Under the pieces are notes generated by a model, which was not told where the DNA came from, ran no database searches, and saw only the letters and a list, made by a program, of their open reading frames with translations. A stretch of 64,000 bases of DNA. Origin: Cyanobacteriota bacterium (GTDB lineage: Bacteria; Cyanobacteriota; Cyanobacteriia; Thermostichales; Thermostichaceae). Numbering within the stretch: position 1 is the stretch's first letter; every line of letters starts with the position of its first letter. Of this stretch, positions 19,786 through 30,326 are shown one piece after another. The translations under genes and the position numbers were made by a program. Location: positions 104,621 through 168,620 of the forward strand of contig JANRIL010000020.1 in assembly GCA_033764955.1 (NCBI GenBank). Direction: 5' to 3'.

Positions 19786-20118
19786 GGGATCCAATTCCTT
19801 TGTAATTTGAATAGAGAGATTCCTATCCCAATACCCCAATGATCCATGCCATTCAAGAATCAGTAGGCTAAGTGGAAAAGTAATTTCAAACGGGAGTGTT
19901 GAGAATAGAAATCCTACATTCATGAGTATGGAGACTCATCCTGAAAAAACTCTGACAGATTGAGATTCCTTGTCTGAGAATTAGCAGAGAGATCACCCAA
20001 AAGTTTTGCTGCGAGGAAATATGGAGATATTCTAAAGATTTAATCTGCTTAGATTCTATAGGCTTGTCCTAACATTACGATGCCTTAATGAAACGGATCG
20101 AAAGCAAATCGAAAGTTT

Positions 20119-20844
20119 TCACGTTAGCTGTACTAACAGAGAAATCGTACCAAAGCCAACCAAAAGTGCCCCACTGGCATAGGTCAACCAGCCGGACCAG
20201 CGGCGGAGAGTGAGTAGTTGTTTGATCACTGACGTAAACAGTCCCGCCAGCAACAGGGGAGCCACCAAACCCAAGGCATAAGCAAACAACAGTCCGGCTC
20301 CCAGGGGGGCGTTGGCAGTGGTGGAGATCCAGCCCAATAGGGCAATCAAAACCGGAGTGCTACAGGGGGAGGCCACCAACCCAAAGGTCAGACCCAGCAT
20401 CAAGGATTGCCCAGCTTGCGGCCATTCTTTGGAAACTTGCCACTGCCCCAGCCAATTAGGGAAGCGGATAGGCAAAACCTCCAGAAGATTTAACCCCATG
20501 CCAATCGCTACCCCTGCCATCAAAATCCCCCAGAGGGATCCCACTTGCCCATAGATGCGCCCCAGCAAAGCTGCCCCTAAGCCCAGCCCTGTCAGAGTAA
20601 TTGCCAGCCCCAGCGTAAACCAAGCGGTTAACCAAGCGGCCTTGCTGCGTTGGTCGGCATAGCCTCCGATATAGCCCACCGTGATCGGCAGCATCGACAA
20701 CATGCAAGGGGAAAGGCTGGTGAATAACCCCGCAGCCCAAACGATGGCAAAACTGATAGGAGATAAATGGTGGAGTTGGTTGGCTACCAATTCTGTTGCC
20801 ACTTGATCGAGGCGATAAAGCCAAACATGCCAGAACTCAACCAT
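20119..20844 (-). CDS. ccdA: Cytochrome c biogenesis protein CcdA
   Basis: TSLSPCMLSMLP and ASPCSTP redox Cys motifs in a multi-TM protein. Confidence 0.92.
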   Translation of the reverse strand: MVEFWHVWLYRLDQVATELVANQLHHLSPISFAIVWAAGLFTSLSPCMLSMLPITVGYIGGYADQRSKAAWLTAWFTLGLAITLTGLGLGAALLGRIYGQVGSLWGILMAGVAIGMGLNLLEVLPIRFPNWLGQWQVSKEWPQAGQSLMLGLTFGLVASPCSTPVLIALLGWISTTANAPLGAGLLFAYALGLVAPLLLAGLFTSVIKQLLTLRRWSGWLTYASGALLVGFGTISLLVQLT

Positions 20845-21068
20845 AGCTAGCCGAAATGGGGGATAGGGATCCCGATCATAGTTCACTTCCTCGATAGCGT
20901 CGAAATCCTCTAGTCTTTCCTTCAATTATTAAGCAGGAATTTCTTCCCCTCCTCTAGCATTGGGACGACGGTTGAGGGAGGGTGAGGGCTGTATCCCTGT
21001 TGGCGGGAGGTTATTTTAGAGGGAAGAAAAGGGATTGTTTGGCTAGATTTTTATCGGGAGCATCGATC

Positions 21069-21362
21069 ATGAACGAGGATATGTCTTCTCCACTATTGCG
21101 AGATGATCACCATTACGTGTTGCTGTTGCCCAACCTAGACGAACAATTTCTCACCCGCCATGAATTGCAGGAGTTTTTGCAACAACTGTTGCAGGAATAT
21201 CCCCATTTGCAGGATGCCGATCTAGCCCGCTATGGCGATCTGGCTAGCCAAGCTGAGCGGGTTATTCAGACCACCTGTTCCCTAGCCATCAGTGAGGGAG
21301 AAACAGTGCAGTGGTACGCTGTCCGTCTCCATAAGCCTGCTCCTCCCCCCCTGCCTACTTAA
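21069..21362 (+). CDS. Chlororespiratory reduction 7 (CRR7) NDH-1 assembly factor
   Basis: HYVLL...EQFLT..EL...C.L....VQWYAVRL. Confidence 0.8.
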   Translation: MNEDMSSPLLRDDHHYVLLLPNLDEQFLTRHELQEFLQQLLQEYPHLQDADLARYGDLASQAERVIQTTCSLAISEGETVQWYAVRLHKPAPPPLPT

Positions 21363-21370
21363 GGCGGAAC

Positions 21371-21859
21371 TTAGGCGGAGGTAGTGGTCGGGATCCCTAA
21401 GACTGGGCAGGGACAATAGGGAATCAACCCTTGCACAATTGAGTGTTGGGGAGATTGGCAGCCCAAGAGAAGAAGGTTTGCTCCCGTCTGCTCCGCCACC
21501 TGCCGCAACTGGCTAGCAACATCCCCAAATCGTAGATGGGCGCTCAGGGATCCCCTCCATTCATCCGCCAAAACGCGGGCTTGGTGCAAGATAGCATCGG
21601 CAGCCACTACTGCTTGGGGAGCCGCCACATAGACCACATGCACCGTTACTTGTTTTTGGCTGGCGATGCGGGTTTGATGGGCAATCCAGAGGGTCAGGTC
21701 AAGCGCCGTCTGGCTGGCTGGCGATCCGGTATAGCCCACAACAAAATGATGGGTATGGCCGGAGGGAGCGGGATGGCTACCGGGAAAGAGCACAACAGGA
21801 CTGGGAGCATCAGCCGTCAGGCTCGACTCTAGGCGCATCAATAGGGATTTAATCTGCAT
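21371..21859 (-). CDS. Universal stress protein (USP) domain protein
   Basis: VVGYTGSPASQTALD...VHVVYV...LRFGD...LLLLG...CPCPVLG. Confidence 0.8.
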   Translation of the reverse strand: MQIKSLLMRLESSLTADAPSPVVLFPGSHPAPSGHTHHFVVGYTGSPASQTALDLTLWIAHQTRIASQKQVTVHVVYVAAPQAVVAADAILHQARVLADEWRGSLSAHLRFGDVASQLRQVAEQTGANLLLLGCQSPQHSIVQGLIPYCPCPVLGIPTTTSA

Positions 21860-22120
21860 GATAATGAAGCTCCTTAACGAAGGGTGAAGAAACAACAAAA
21901 AGTCCTCAACATTAAGACGCCTGCGCTCCTTGCTAGCAACGAATTGAGTGCCAAACCTGAGCGCTCGAATCCCCCAGCCAGCTAAACATTTGAGCCAGGG
22001 GAACGGGCTTGAAGAGAACTCAACAACTGAAGAACCTGAGAAGCAGTGTGCTGCTGTTTAAGCCTGCTTTCTGAAACCACCTTTGGACTTGCCAAAGACA
22101 GAGGAAATGCTGCTTTTCAG

Positions 22121-22290
22121 TCTTCTCTCAATGCCGACGGGGTTAGCTGACGGGCTGGAGCTAAGAGATGCTCCTCTGGTTGAGACCAACGGCGACAACC
22201 ACGATACGCCCCTTGGATTGGATCCCCCGCTTCAGAAAACTTAGGAATGAATTTCCCTTAATTTTCTGAACTAGGCTGACTGACTCCATA
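22121..22290 (-). ncRNA. Cyclic di-AMP riboswitch (ydaO/yuaA leader)
   Basis: Minus strand ...GCGGGGGATCCAA...GGGGCGTATC...CTCTT...AGCCCGTCAGCTAACCCCGTCGGC...GAGAGAAG carries the diagnostic CCCGTCAGCTAACCCCG core, upstream of the USP gene. Confidence 0.9.
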
Positions 22291-22660
22291 CACCGCCATT
22301 AGGTTAGCATCCGTATCTTGCCGGATCAAGGGGTGAACTCAGGGATCCCTGCTAGATGGAGGCTATTCTGTTCCTAAGGCATAGATGGCGGCTCAAGGAC
22401 TACGGAGAAACAGTTTGATAATTGAAGTTCCTTGTTCAAGGGAAACCCCTACCCACCCATTCCTCTCAGGGCTGATTGACCTGGGCAGAGAGGCCACGAA
22501 ATGAAACCGATCCACTCCAGTCCCAGACTGTTCTCTGACGAAAAAGCTTTGGATAGACGGGAACACTGGTGGGATCCTCCACTGCCGCTGGGTATCCTAA
22601 GGAACAAGTCGGCTGCTATGTTGGTCTTGAAGTTCGTTCAATCTCCCCACCTGAGTTGAC

Positions 22661-23716
22661 ATGATGCTGCCTTCCTCCCTCTGGCACTGCTGGATTGCCC
22701 TAGCGCTGGTTGGACTATCGGGGATCCCACCCGTTAGCGCCCAGTCCCAAAGCGCCTTGAATGCCCAGTTAACGGAAGCCGTCAACCAGCAAAACTGGTC
22801 GCGGGCGATAGCGATTGTGGATGGCATGATTGAAAAAACAACCGACTCCGAAGCCAAAGCCAAATTGACCCGTTATCGAGCCAGTTTGCGGCAATGCCAG
22901 CAAGGGCAGTGTGCCGGCGCAACCGCCCCCACTCCCACCGCCCCCCCCGGTTCCATCACCCCGCCCCCCGCCGCCCCTGTGGTCGCCCAAGCCCCGCCAC
23001 CGGCCTCCGCCAACTCGCTCGTGAGTGCCCAACAAAAACTGAAGGCTGGAGATCTGTTAGGGGCGATTGACGAGTTCAGCGCCGCCCTGCAAACCAATCC
23101 AGAATTAGTGGCAGCCTATACAGGGCGAGGCTTAGCTTACTATCGATTGGCGGATTTTCAGGCGGCCAGTCAGGACTTTTCGGCAGCCCTCGAGCGGGAT
23201 CCCAATAACGCCAAGCTCTACCAACAACGGGGGGTCACCTTCTTTAAGCTGAATGATTTAACCCGCGCCCTTGAGGATCTCAACCAGGCCATCGGACGGG
23301 ATCCCAAACAGGCGGTGCCCTACTACAACCGCAGCCTGATCTATGCCGAGGTTGGCCGCTACGAAGATGCCCGCCAAGACAGCGAACAAGCCCTGCAACT
23401 GGATCCGAAACTGGCGGTGGCCTATCAAACCTATGGCATCGCTAACTATCGATTGGGGCAGGTGAATGTCGCTATCCAAGCCCTTGACCAAGCCATCAAA
23501 CTGGATCCCCAACTGGCCTCAGCCCTGCAAAACCGGGGGTATATTCGGGTCAAACAGGGGGAATGGCCCGACGCCCTTGACGATCTTAAAGCGGCAGCGG
23601 CTCTTTACGTTCAGCAAAATCAGCCAGATCTTTATCAACAGGTTCAAAAACAAATCGATACTTTTGCTCAGATGGATGTCCTAGAAACCAGTCCCAGCCC
23701 GACGGTCTCTCCCTAG
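22661..23716 (+). CDS. Secreted tetratricopeptide-repeat protein
   Basis: Signal peptide, Pro/Ala linker, about six TPRs (AY.NRG...A..D...A...DP). Confidence 0.85.
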   Translation: MMLPSSLWHCWIALALVGLSGIPPVSAQSQSALNAQLTEAVNQQNWSRAIAIVDGMIEKTTDSEAKAKLTRYRASLRQCQQGQCAGATAPTPTAPPGSITPPPAAPVVAQAPPPASANSLVSAQQKLKAGDLLGAIDEFSAALQTNPELVAAYTGRGLAYYRLADFQAASQDFSAALERDPNNAKLYQQRGVTFFKLNDLTRALEDLNQAIGRDPKQAVPYYNRSLIYAEVGRYEDARQDSEQALQLDPKLAVAYQTYGIANYRLGQVNVAIQALDQAIKLDPQLASALQNRGYIRVKQGEWPDALDDLKAAAALYVQQNQPDLYQQVQKQIDTFAQMDVLETSPSPTVSP

Positions 23717-23810
23717 TTACAGAATCCTTAGTTTGGATCCGTTATCCTCTAAGCAAGGCCCACGATTATGGTTCCCCCTCCGTCCCCACCCCCTAGTTGA
23801 TGGATTTTTT

Positions 23811-24131
23811 ATGGAAACCCAGTCCCTAACGCCCCTGGATCAACTGCAAGCCTTCGCTCAAGATGATGGCAAGCCTTTACAAGTTATCCTAGACGAAGCC
23901 ATTTTTTTGCTGCGGCGGCAGCGCATCCGTCATCTGGATCGCCTAACCCGTCGGGATCCCCAGTTAGTGGAACAAGACTTTGGCACGACTCCGGCTGCTT
24001 GGGCCAGACAAGATATCGAAGAAGACCGTGGACTGATGGAAGACCTAGGAGCCGTGTTCCATGACCCTGAACAATGGCAACTGCTGGTGCAGACTATCCA
24101 ACGCCAAGGTCACCCATCCAGCCTTTCCTAA
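23811..24131 (+). CDS. Hypothetical protein, weakly similar to ribbon-helix-helix antitoxin-like proteins
   Basis: LQAFAQDDGKPLQVILDEAI..LRRQR pattern; codon usage looks native. Confidence 0.5.
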   Translation: METQSLTPLDQLQAFAQDDGKPLQVILDEAIFLLRRQRIRHLDRLTRRDPQLVEQDFGTTPAAWARQDIEEDRGLMEDLGAVFHDPEQWQLLVQTIQRQGHPSSLS

Positions 24132-24189
24132 TCCTGACCGTATGGAAATCTAAAGATCCAACCAGCCCACTGCCAAGGAGGATGGAGTC

Positions 24190-25785
24190 GTGAGTCAACG
24201 GGTATCTGGAGAAATCATTGGCAACCGTTACCAGTTGACGGAGCGGATCAGCGCGGGGGGTATGGGGGAAGTGTTTAAGGGGGTAGATACCCAGCTCTTC
24301 CAGCGCACTGTTGCCATCAAGGTGTTACACCAAAATCTGGCCGGAGATGACAAAACCCAGCGTCAACTGCGCCGCCGCTTTGAAGACGAAGCCCGCCTGA
24401 GCACCCTCTTGGGGGAGCATCCCCTCATCATTAAAATCCTTGACTATGGCCTGGATGACCACCAGCCTTACCTGGTCATGGAATATCTGGCGGGATCCAG
24501 CCTGGGGGAGCTGATGTTAAAGCACCACGCTATGGATCCCCGTCATGCGGTGCATATTACCCGGCAGATTTGTGCTGGACTGCATCATGCTCATTCTTTT
24601 GAAACCAGCTTTGATGATCTGACGATCAAGGGTGTCATTCACCGCGATATCAAACCCAGCAACATCATGGTGATTCACGACAAAACCATTGGGGAAACCG
24701 TCAAAATCCTGGATTTTGGGATTGCCAAGGTGATCAGCGATGCCTCGATGGCACTGGGCACGCAAACCACAGGTTTTTTGGGAACTACCCGCTATGCCTC
24801 CCCAGAGCAGTTGCGGGGAGAAGAGTTGGATAGTCGCTCGGATATTTACTCACTCGGCTGCGTTCTCTACCGCATGTTGGCGGGAGAGATGCCCATCACT
24901 CCCAACACCGACACCTTTCAGGGCTGGTATCAAAGCCATAACTATCAGCCCGCCCGTCCCTTTGCCCGTGACCAGTTGCCCCATACCATACCCAAAGCTC
25001 TGGAAGAGGTGGTTCTAGCCTGCCTAGAAAAGGATCCCGCCCAGCGTCCCCAAACCATGCAGATTCTCGGATCCGCTCTGGAAGCCGCCCTCTACACTCC
25101 GGGATCCTCGTTGGCTCCCCTACGCACCCATCAGATTATCCGTTCTACTGATGGATTGGCTGGATCCCCAACGTCGGGTTCGGTCTACACAGCGGAAGCA
25201 GAAATCTTTTCGGGAAACACCCTCGCTCAACTGGATGCGGAAGCCGTTGCCACCGCCAAAACCCAGCATCTCACTGCCTTACCCGCCGGAACAGACAATC
25301 AAGCTCCCCCACTTTGGCAAAAATTCTGGCCGATTGGCCTGCTGGCTCTGCTCATCCTGACCGTCGCTGGAGTGGGTCTGCGTTTCCTGGTTTCCCCCGG
25401 TGAAGAAGACAGCCTACCCCCCCTACCGGCCAGTCCGCTCCCTTCAGGAGAGGCAACTCCGGTCGCCCCTGGCGAGCTGGATTTGTTGCCACCGGAGCCG
25501 ATTCTAGACTTTACTCCCCCCCCTGCCCCCCAGTCTACTTCTCCCCCTCCGGTCGCCACTCCCGTAGCTCCAGCTAAGCCGGCCACCCCCCCACCCCAAG
25601 CTACCCCCCGCCCCACCCCACCCCCGCCTAAACCGGCTACCCCCCCCCCTGCCGTCTCACAACCCCTTTTCCCACAACAAGCGGCTCCCCAGCCGACCCG
25701 TCCACCTGTGCAAGCGGTTCCTACTCCCAACCGGGGGCAAACCCTGCAAGAGTTGAAGGAGCGAGCCAGAGACAGCCGCAACTAA
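24190..25785 (+). CDS. Membrane Ser/Thr protein kinase (Pkn2 type) with a Pro-rich tail
   Basis: AGGMGEV, VAIK, HRDIKPSN, DFGIAK, SPEQ; one TM; repeated KPATPPP. Confidence 0.95.
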   Translation: MSQRVSGEIIGNRYQLTERISAGGMGEVFKGVDTQLFQRTVAIKVLHQNLAGDDKTQRQLRRRFEDEARLSTLLGEHPLIIKILDYGLDDHQPYLVMEYLAGSSLGELMLKHHAMDPRHAVHITRQICAGLHHAHSFETSFDDLTIKGVIHRDIKPSNIMVIHDKTIGETVKILDFGIAKVISDASMALGTQTTGFLGTTRYASPEQLRGEELDSRSDIYSLGCVLYRMLAGEMPITPNTDTFQGWYQSHNYQPARPFARDQLPHTIPKALEEVVLACLEKDPAQRPQTMQILGSALEAALYTPGSSLAPLRTHQIIRSTDGLAGSPTSGSVYTAEAEIFSGNTLAQLDAEAVATAKTQHLTALPAGTDNQAPPLWQKFWPIGLLALLILTVAGVGLRFLVSPGEEDSLPPLPASPLPSGEATPVAPGELDLLPPEPILDFTPPPAPQSTSPPPVATPVAPAKPATPPPQATPRPTPPPPKPATPPPAVSQPLFPQQAAPQPTRPPVQAVPTPNRGQTLQELKERARDSRN

Positions 25786-25824
25786 CTCCAGCCCATCCAA
25801 GCTCTTCCTTCTGGATTAACCCCT

Positions 25825-26292
25825 GTGCATCTCCCTTCTTTTTTATGGTTATGGCGAGTGGCCGCTTGGTCAATGGGGTTGACCTGGCTGCTTTACCTGC
25901 TGCTGGCAGTAATGGGTTGGATCCTGACCCGCCAACGGCTGCGACCCCAATGGCGACTGGGATTATCCCGCCCCCATTGGCGACAGCTCCACCTGAGCCT
26001 AGGCATTCTCTTGGTGGCTTGTGTCCTGCTCTTGTTAGGAATTGGCATTGTGGGCACTTATGGCCACTACGGCAGTCTGGGGCATTCTTGGCATTTGCCT
26101 GCCGGATTAGCAGTGGTTGCTTTAGTCTGCCTATCCGCTCTGCTGGGTTTATCGATTCAGGGATCCCCCACCGGAAGAGGGACGATTCGCCGGGAATGGC
26201 ATGTGGTGGTGAATGGGGTGTTGCTGTTGGCCTTGCTGGGCGTAACCGTGAGTGGCTGGCAGGTGGTGCAAAAATACCTGCCTCCCCCCTGA
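25825..26292 (+). CDS. DUF4079 family membrane protein
   Basis: MHLPSFLWLWRVAAWSMG...IGIVGT.GHYGSLGHS.H...VVQKYLP. Confidence 0.8.
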   Translation: MHLPSFLWLWRVAAWSMGLTWLLYLLLAVMGWILTRQRLRPQWRLGLSRPHWRQLHLSLGILLVACVLLLLGIGIVGTYGHYGSLGHSWHLPAGLAVVALVCLSALLGLSIQGSPTGRGTIRREWHVVVNGVLLLALLGVTVSGWQVVQKYLPPP

Positions 26293-26364
26293 TTCCCCAG
26301 AAATCCCCTCGCCAACGGTTCGGAAGCCATTACAATAGATTACGGACTTTCGCTAGCACCTTCT

Positions 26365-27543
26365 ATGGATTTTGGAGTCGGGTTTCTTTCCAACAATGTC
26401 ATGCTGCCGATTCTCGATTTCTTCTACGGAATCGTGCCTAGCTATGGCCTTGCCATCATCTTCCTGACCTTGGTGATCCGCTTTGCCCTCTATCCCCTCA
26501 ACGTCGGATCCATCCGTAGTATGCGAAAGATGAAGGTGGTACAACCCCTCATGCAAAAGCGCACGAAAGAGGTGCAGGAGCGCTATAAAGATGACCCGCA
26601 AAAACTACGGGAAGCCCAAAGCCAAATGTATAGCGAATTTGGGGTGAATCCGTTGGGGGGTTGTCTACCTCTGTTTGTACAGATGCCTGTCCTGTTTGCG
26701 CTGTTTGCCACCCTGCGGGGATCCCCTTTTGCGGCGGTCACCTTTGATATCAATCTGCAAATTTTGCCCAGTGAGGTGATGGCAGATGTGGTACCGGCTC
26801 CCTTTACCACTCCGGCCAAAAATATCTTCTTGACGGAAACCCTCCACAAACCCGTTGTCTTGACCGATCCACGCGGTCAGAAAATCGGTGTGGGAGAACA
26901 AGTGCCGTTGTTGTTGCAGGGGGCAGAAGGCAAAAACTTTGCCGAGCTGTTAGCTGAAGCCGAAGCGGATGCCAGCAAGCTTACCCCCACCTGGACGATT
27001 ACCAAAGGAGGGGATCGTGCCCAGATTCAAGCGGATGGAACCTTGGTTGCCCTAGAACCGGGGGATGTGACGGTGCAGGCTTCCATTCCGGGGCTTGCGG
27101 CTGACACGGGCTTTTTGTTTATCGACAAACTGGGTCGGGTGGGAGCCTTTGATGAGGACGGTACGATTCACTGGGATATCATCGCCATGATCCTGGTGTT
27201 TGGGGTCAGCATCTATGTCAACCAGTCCCTAACCGGACAAAGTAGCCCTAGCAACAATGCCGATGAAGCCAGCGCTGCCCAAAATTCCGCCAACAAAATC
27301 ACACCGATTCTTTTCTCCGGCATGTTTTTGTTCTTCCCGTTGCCAGCAGGGGTGTTGCTCTACATCCTCATTTCCAACATTTTCCAAACGGTACAAACCT
27401 ATCTCCTCTCCCTCGAACCTCTCGATGAAAGCCTGCAAAGCTTGATCGAAGCGGAGCGGCAGACCGCGACACAGGAAGTCAAAGCCGAAAAAAGCAAGCG
27501 CAAAGAGGCGGGAGAACGGGAATCGTTGCCCTTTGAACCCTAA
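26365..27543 (+). CDS. yidC: Membrane protein insertase YidC
   Basis: [32 protein letters not shown]. Confidence 0.95.
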   Translation: MDFGVGFLSNNVMLPILDFFYGIVPSYGLAIIFLTLVIRFALYPLNVGSIRSMRKMKVVQPLMQKRTKEVQERYKDDPQKLREAQSQMYSEFGVNPLGGCLPLFVQMPVLFALFATLRGSPFAAVTFDINLQILPSEVMADVVPAPFTTPAKNIFLTETLHKPVVLTDPRGQKIGVGEQVPLLLQGAEGKNFAELLAEAEADASKLTPTWTITKGGDRAQIQADGTLVALEPGDVTVQASIPGLAADTGFLFIDKLGRVGAFDEDGTIHWDIIAMILVFGVSIYVNQSLTGQSSPSNNADEASAAQNSANKITPILFSGMFLFFPLPAGVLLYILISNIFQTVQTYLLSLEPLDESLQSLIEAERQTATQEVKAEKSKRKEAGERESLPFEP

Positions 27544-27576
27544 GTCCTGGCATGGCTCAGTCCCCTAGGAGGTTGG

Positions 27577-28128
27577 ATGACTTCACTGGAACCCTTAGCT
27601 ACCCCTTCAGCCGATGTGACGGCTCTCCTGGAGCGGGCACAAGCCTGGTTGATGCAGGTATTGCTCCTGATGGGGATCCCCGCGCAGGTGCAGGTGGTGG
27701 GGGAACAACTGGAGATTGTGCCGGATTCCTTATCTCCTGAACAGCAGGATATTTTGTTGGGGGTACAGGAGAATCCCCGCCAGGATCCGGAAGGGCAAGG
27801 GATCCCTTTGGATGCGTTACAGTATCTCGCCAATACCCTCCTGAATATTCATCAATCGGAAGCAAACCAGCGTTCCTACACGATTGAGCTGGGGGGCTAT
27901 CGGCAAAAGCGCCAGCAGGAGTTGCACGAAATGGCTTTGGCGGCGGTGGAACAGGTGCGATCCACCCAAAAAGAGTTTGAATTCAAATCCTTGTCGGCGG
28001 CGGAGCGGCGACAGGTTCACACCTATTTGGATGATCCCAACTATGCCGATTTAGAAACCTTCAGCCGTGGCAAAGAACCGGATCGCCGCTTGGTGATTCG
28101 GCTGGCTCATTCTGACCCCAGCCTCTGA
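27577..28128 (+). CDS. khpB: Jag/KhpB (EloR) R3H RNA-binding protein
   Basis: LDALQYLAN, LSAAERRQVH (R3H), SRGKEPDRRLVI; downstream of yidC. Confidence 0.88.
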   Translation: MTSLEPLATPSADVTALLERAQAWLMQVLLLMGIPAQVQVVGEQLEIVPDSLSPEQQDILLGVQENPRQDPEGQGIPLDALQYLANTLLNIHQSEANQRSYTIELGGYRQKRQQELHEMALAAVEQVRSTQKEFEFKSLSAAERRQVHTYLDDPNYADLETFSRGKEPDRRLVIRLAHSDPSL

Positions 28129-28167
28129 ACCTTTGCTTTGGATCCTGCCGTTCTCCCTGTTTTTGCT

Positions 28168-28671
28168 ATGTTGAAACCGATTCGTTTGGATGATCTGCAA
28201 CGACTGCCTCGCCAGACTTATACGCAAACTTTTCAGCAGTTTATCGAGGGGTTTGCCAGTCTGATCCCCGTGACGGGGCAGGTGGCGATCACGCATCGCG
28301 GCAATTTTTTGCAGGCCAATGGTCAAGCCAATACCATTGTTACCCTTTCCTGCCATCGCTGCCTCCAGCAATTCAACCATCGGCTGGCCATTCAATTTGA
28401 GGAAATTCTTTGGATTGAAGACCCTGCCGCTCATCCCTTGCCCCAGGAGTTGGAAATTGCCCCGGAAGATCTGATGGAGCGGATCGCCCCCCACGCTGAG
28501 TTTGACCTGACGGACTGGGTTTATCAACATCTCTATCTGCAACTGCCGGATCATCTGGCTTGCCGTGCCGATTGTCCAGGGATCCCTGTCTCCGCTAGCC
28601 CCTCTCCGCCTCCGCAGCCATCTGTGGATCCCCGTTGGGCTGCCCTGCGCCGTCTTCAGCCATTCGATTGA
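28168..28671 (+). CDS. YceD/DUF177 family protein
   Basis: CHRCL, C..DCPGI, DPRWAALR. Confidence 0.88.
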   Translation: MLKPIRLDDLQRLPRQTYTQTFQQFIEGFASLIPVTGQVAITHRGNFLQANGQANTIVTLSCHRCLQQFNHRLAIQFEEILWIEDPAAHPLPQELEIAPEDLMERIAPHAEFDLTDWVYQHLYLQLPDHLACRADCPGIPVSASPSPPPQPSVDPRWAALRRLQPFD

Positions 28672-28689
28672 ACCCAAGGAGTCTCTCGC

Positions 28690-29025
28690 GTGCTCACCAA
28701 CTGGCTGGAATGGATCGGTTTTCACCCTGCTACCGTCGTAGGGATTGGGTTTTGGGGGTTGGCGCTCTACTGGGGATTTGCTCCCCTCAACGAAAAATTG
28801 GTGGAAAAATTGCTTAGCCTGCCCTGGTTGGGTTTTGACCAGATGGGCCTCTTGAGTGGGCTGTTGGGGATTTTGCCGCTGTTGGCGCTGGCAATCTTTA
28901 CAGAAAGTCTGATGGAGTGGACTTTAGGTTGCAGTTGGGCGGTATCAGGCAGTGTGATTGCTAGTATGGCGGGGGGAATCTACGAGTTGGGTCGCCGCGA
29001 TAGTCAAAGCCACTCCGAGAAATGA
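28690..29025 (+). CDS. Conserved cyanobacterial membrane protein
   Basis: FWGLALYWGF...SWAVS.....GGIYELGRR, three hydrophobic segments. Confidence 0.7.
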   Translation: MLTNWLEWIGFHPATVVGIGFWGLALYWGFAPLNEKLVEKLLSLPWLGFDQMGLLSGLLGILPLLALAIFTESLMEWTLGCSWAVSGSVIASMAGGIYELGRRDSQSHSEK

Positions 29026-29043
29026 AGGGATCCCTGGTAAGTG

Positions 29044-30303
29044 ATGGCTATCTCTAATCTAGCTCCATTGCGGCTCAAGGCGGCCTCCCTCCTCCTCTAT
29101 CAGGATCTCTGGCAAACGCCACTGGGGCAAGCTTGGTTGAAGCTGCTGGAGATTTGCGATCAGCCAGACAATCTGATAGCCATTAGGCGCGCCTATGGAC
29201 TATGGTTTCGCGCCTTAGCGGAGACACAGCTCAGTTGGCAAGAGTGGCTGTTTCAGCAAATTTTATGGGCGGATAATCCTTTTTCTCGTCGAGCCAGCCA
29301 GCAACCCTTCCATCAATTACCCCTTCCTCTGCAAAAAGCGGCGGCTGAGGATTTAGCCCATTTACGCGAGATAGCCATAGGTTCAGCCAGCCTACGAACC
29401 CATCTACAATCCCTAGCCATCCCTGTTGAGTCGTGGTGGGATCCCCTCACCCCCATGGCGGATCCCTTGTGGCAGGCATGGCAGCAGGCTGAGGACTGCT
29501 CACAAATCCTACCGCAACTGGCGGATCGTTACCGTCAAGAGGGAGTTGGTCTCTGGGCTCGGTATCGTGCCTTTCGTTGGCAGTCTCACCAGTTAGTGGG
29601 GGTGGCTCAGACCGATCGCGTGCCAATAGACGATTTGTATGGCAACCTCAAGCAAAAACAACGCCTCTGCGCGAACACGGAAGCTCTCCTATCCGGCAAG
29701 CCTGCTCTGCATGTCTTACTCTATGGGGCGCGGGGCACCGGAAAATCGTCGCTGGTGAAAGCGCTCTTAACCCGTTACGGGGATGCGGGGTTGCGGCTGC
29801 TGGAACTGAGTCCGGCTCAGTTGTTGGATTTGCCCCAGATCCTGCCGCAACTGCAACAGCAACCCCAAGCTTTTATCTTGTTTGTGGATGATTTGTCCTT
29901 TGAAGCGGAAGAACGGGAGTTTAAGCAGCTCAAAGTTTTGTTGGAGGGGGATATTGCCGCTCAACCCGCTAATGTCCGTCTCTACGCCACCACCAATCGC
30001 CGCCATCTGATTCGAGAATATGTTGCCGACCGACCCAACCCTAGCGATCAGGAGATCCATGCCTGGGATACGCTACAAGAAAAGATGTCGTTGCGGGATC
30101 GCTTTGGTTTAACCCTCACATTTACCCCTTTTCGGCAGACGGATTATCTATCCACGGTTGATCACCTCATGGCTAATCGAGGCTTGAGTGGCCAGCAGGA
30201 GATTGTGCAGCGGCAAGCCCTGATGTGGGCGCAACAGCAAAATGGGTTTTCCGGTCGTACCGCCCGTCAATTTGTGGATGCTTGGCAAGCCGGATTGCTC
30301 TAA
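29044..30303 (+). CDS. DUF815 AAA+ ATPase
   Basis: GARGTGKSS, FVDDLSFE, YATTNRRHL, SGRTARQF. Confidence 0.9.
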   Translation: MAISNLAPLRLKAASLLLYQDLWQTPLGQAWLKLLEICDQPDNLIAIRRAYGLWFRALAETQLSWQEWLFQQILWADNPFSRRASQQPFHQLPLPLQKAAAEDLAHLREIAIGSASLRTHLQSLAIPVESWWDPLTPMADPLWQAWQQAEDCSQILPQLADRYRQEGVGLWARYRAFRWQSHQLVGVAQTDRVPIDDLYGNLKQKQRLCANTEALLSGKPALHVLLYGARGTGKSSLVKALLTRYGDAGLRLLELSPAQLLDLPQILPQLQQQPQAFILFVDDLSFEAEEREFKQLKVLLEGDIAAQPANVRLYATTNRRHLIREYVADRPNPSDQEIHAWDTLQEKMSLRDRFGLTLTFTPFRQTDYLSTVDHLMANRGLSGQQEIVQRQALMWAQQQNGFSGRTARQFVDAWQAGLL

Positions 30304-30326
30304 AGGTAGCGAATGGGATCCCCCAT

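Noticed and set aside
22340..22660. Two short plus-strand ORFs (39 and ~52 codons) upstream of the TPR gene
   Set aside because: No recognisable motif or RBS; more likely the divergent promoter region.
25480..25730. C-rich low-complexity tract and antisense Gly-rich ORF 25299-25781
   Set aside because: Explained by the Pro-rich tail of the Ser/Thr kinase.
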